This document shows positions 63,136-64,000 of a DNA stretch of 64,000 nt, one piece after another. The DNA comes from Camelus ferus (lineage: Eukaryota). Under the pieces are notes generated by a model, which was given only the letters and a program-made list of their open reading frames with translations, did no database searches and was not told the origin of the DNA. The stretch spans positions 61,072,001 through 61,136,000 of the forward strand of contig NC_045697.1 in the NCBI RefSeq assembly GCF_009834535.1, written 5' to 3'. Position 1 is the first letter of the stretch; each line of letters begins with the position of its first letter. Made by a program: the position numbers and the translations under genes.

Positions 63136-63180
63136 ATCTAATGCTGGATATTGCAATACTTTGAATGGATTAGGAAGCAG
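63136..63180 (+). pseudogene. Exon remnant (I*CWILQYFEWIRKQ)
   Basis: Acceptor atctttcttgcag, donor CAG|gtatcc; 45 nt, phase 0 to 0, compatible with 61172. Confidence 0.6.
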
Positions 63181-64000
63181 GTATCCTTTTCTTGGAAAGC
63201 ATAATATTATTATTTCAATGCAACTTCACTAAGGTATAGGATTTATATAGCTTAGTTCTTTTATAAAGTTCAATAGAATGTTAATAGCCACAAAGTATAG
63301 GGATCTGGGATTTAAGATTTCATTATAATGGGAACAAATGGCATGCAGGCAACCCCAAGAGTCCTGTTCAGTTTTGCAATGCTTGGCATACCTTACAGAC
63401 GGCTTCCAGGAACTAGTGTAGTAGAAAATTAAGGAATAGCAAAGTTATAAGCATATTGAAATTCTTTCTTCTCCGGGTTTTAAAAATATTCACTTCTTCT
63501 TTATTAAGAACCTTATGAAATTGTTGCCATAGATCTGAAACAAATTAAAACCAAAACTTACCTAATCTCTGTTATATTCTTAAAGTTTTTCAAAGTGATA
63601 GATAAATACTACAGAATAAGTACTAAAAAAAAAAGAGAGAATATAAGAATAAGCCTAGAAAATATTGCAAGGTTCCCAGTCTAGCTGATAATGAATTATA
63701 ATTTTGAAGTCCAACTCTTCAAGGCCTACAGTAAAAGCTGAGAACATTTAATTAAAACTTGAAACAAAATTCCCCATAGAAATTGTAAAGCATCAATATA
63801 AACATACCACTGTTCCCTTGTGAGTCATAACTTTGATCCATATATCTTTGTGGACAGAAAGATGTGTAAAGCTTGTGTAAGATTATGAAATTAAATGCTT
63901 GTGCTCCTGGAATAAAATTGTCTTTGCTTCTGCCCCAGGATGAAGGCTAGGAGTCCCCAGCCCCATCTAATTTTATATTCCCTGTGAAGACCACTCGGTA

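Larger units (their letters stand above)
7259..63180 (+). pseudogene. Putative ancient multi-exon unitary pseudogene, ZU5/UPA-like large protein (may extend past the window end)
   Basis: About 30 non-repeat, purine-rich segments bounded by polypyrimidine-AG acceptors and GT donors, all on + strand. Several runs of phase-compatible exons. Many stops and frameshifts, two decayed acceptors (cag>caa at ~22002 and ~32026) and TE insertions inside exons. Confidence 0.75.

Noticed and set aside
1..64000. Prokaryotic systems, CRISPR arrays, rRNA or an intact annotated gene
   Set aside because: The sequence is mammalian and repeat-rich, with no such signatures

Overview
This is AT-rich, CpG-depleted mammalian genomic DNA, most likely camelid: it carries three copies of a tRNA-derived SINE resembling the camelid Vic-1 family. 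It is rich in ordinary eutherian repeats (L1, L2, MIR, MaLR/ERV LTRs, hAT-Charlie and Tigger relics). No intact protein-coding gene, RNA gene or CpG-island promoter is visible. The main signal lies between the repeats: about 30 exon-like segments, all on the + strand from ~7.3 kb to ~63.2 kb. They are bounded by AG/GT splice signals, and several consecutive ones are stop-free with compatible intron phases. Joined, they appear to encode a large decayed protein whose middle resembles a ZU5/UPA module (ankyrin/PIDD1/DTHD1/UNC5 type). Two exons are interrupted by LTR or L1 insertions, so I interpret the locus as an ancient unitary pseudogene. A separate ~430 bp minus-strand insert at 52.4-52.8 kb resembles bornavirus nucleoprotein (candidate EBLN). 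All domain and repeat-family assignments were made by eye from remembered sequences and need HMM/BLAST confirmation.
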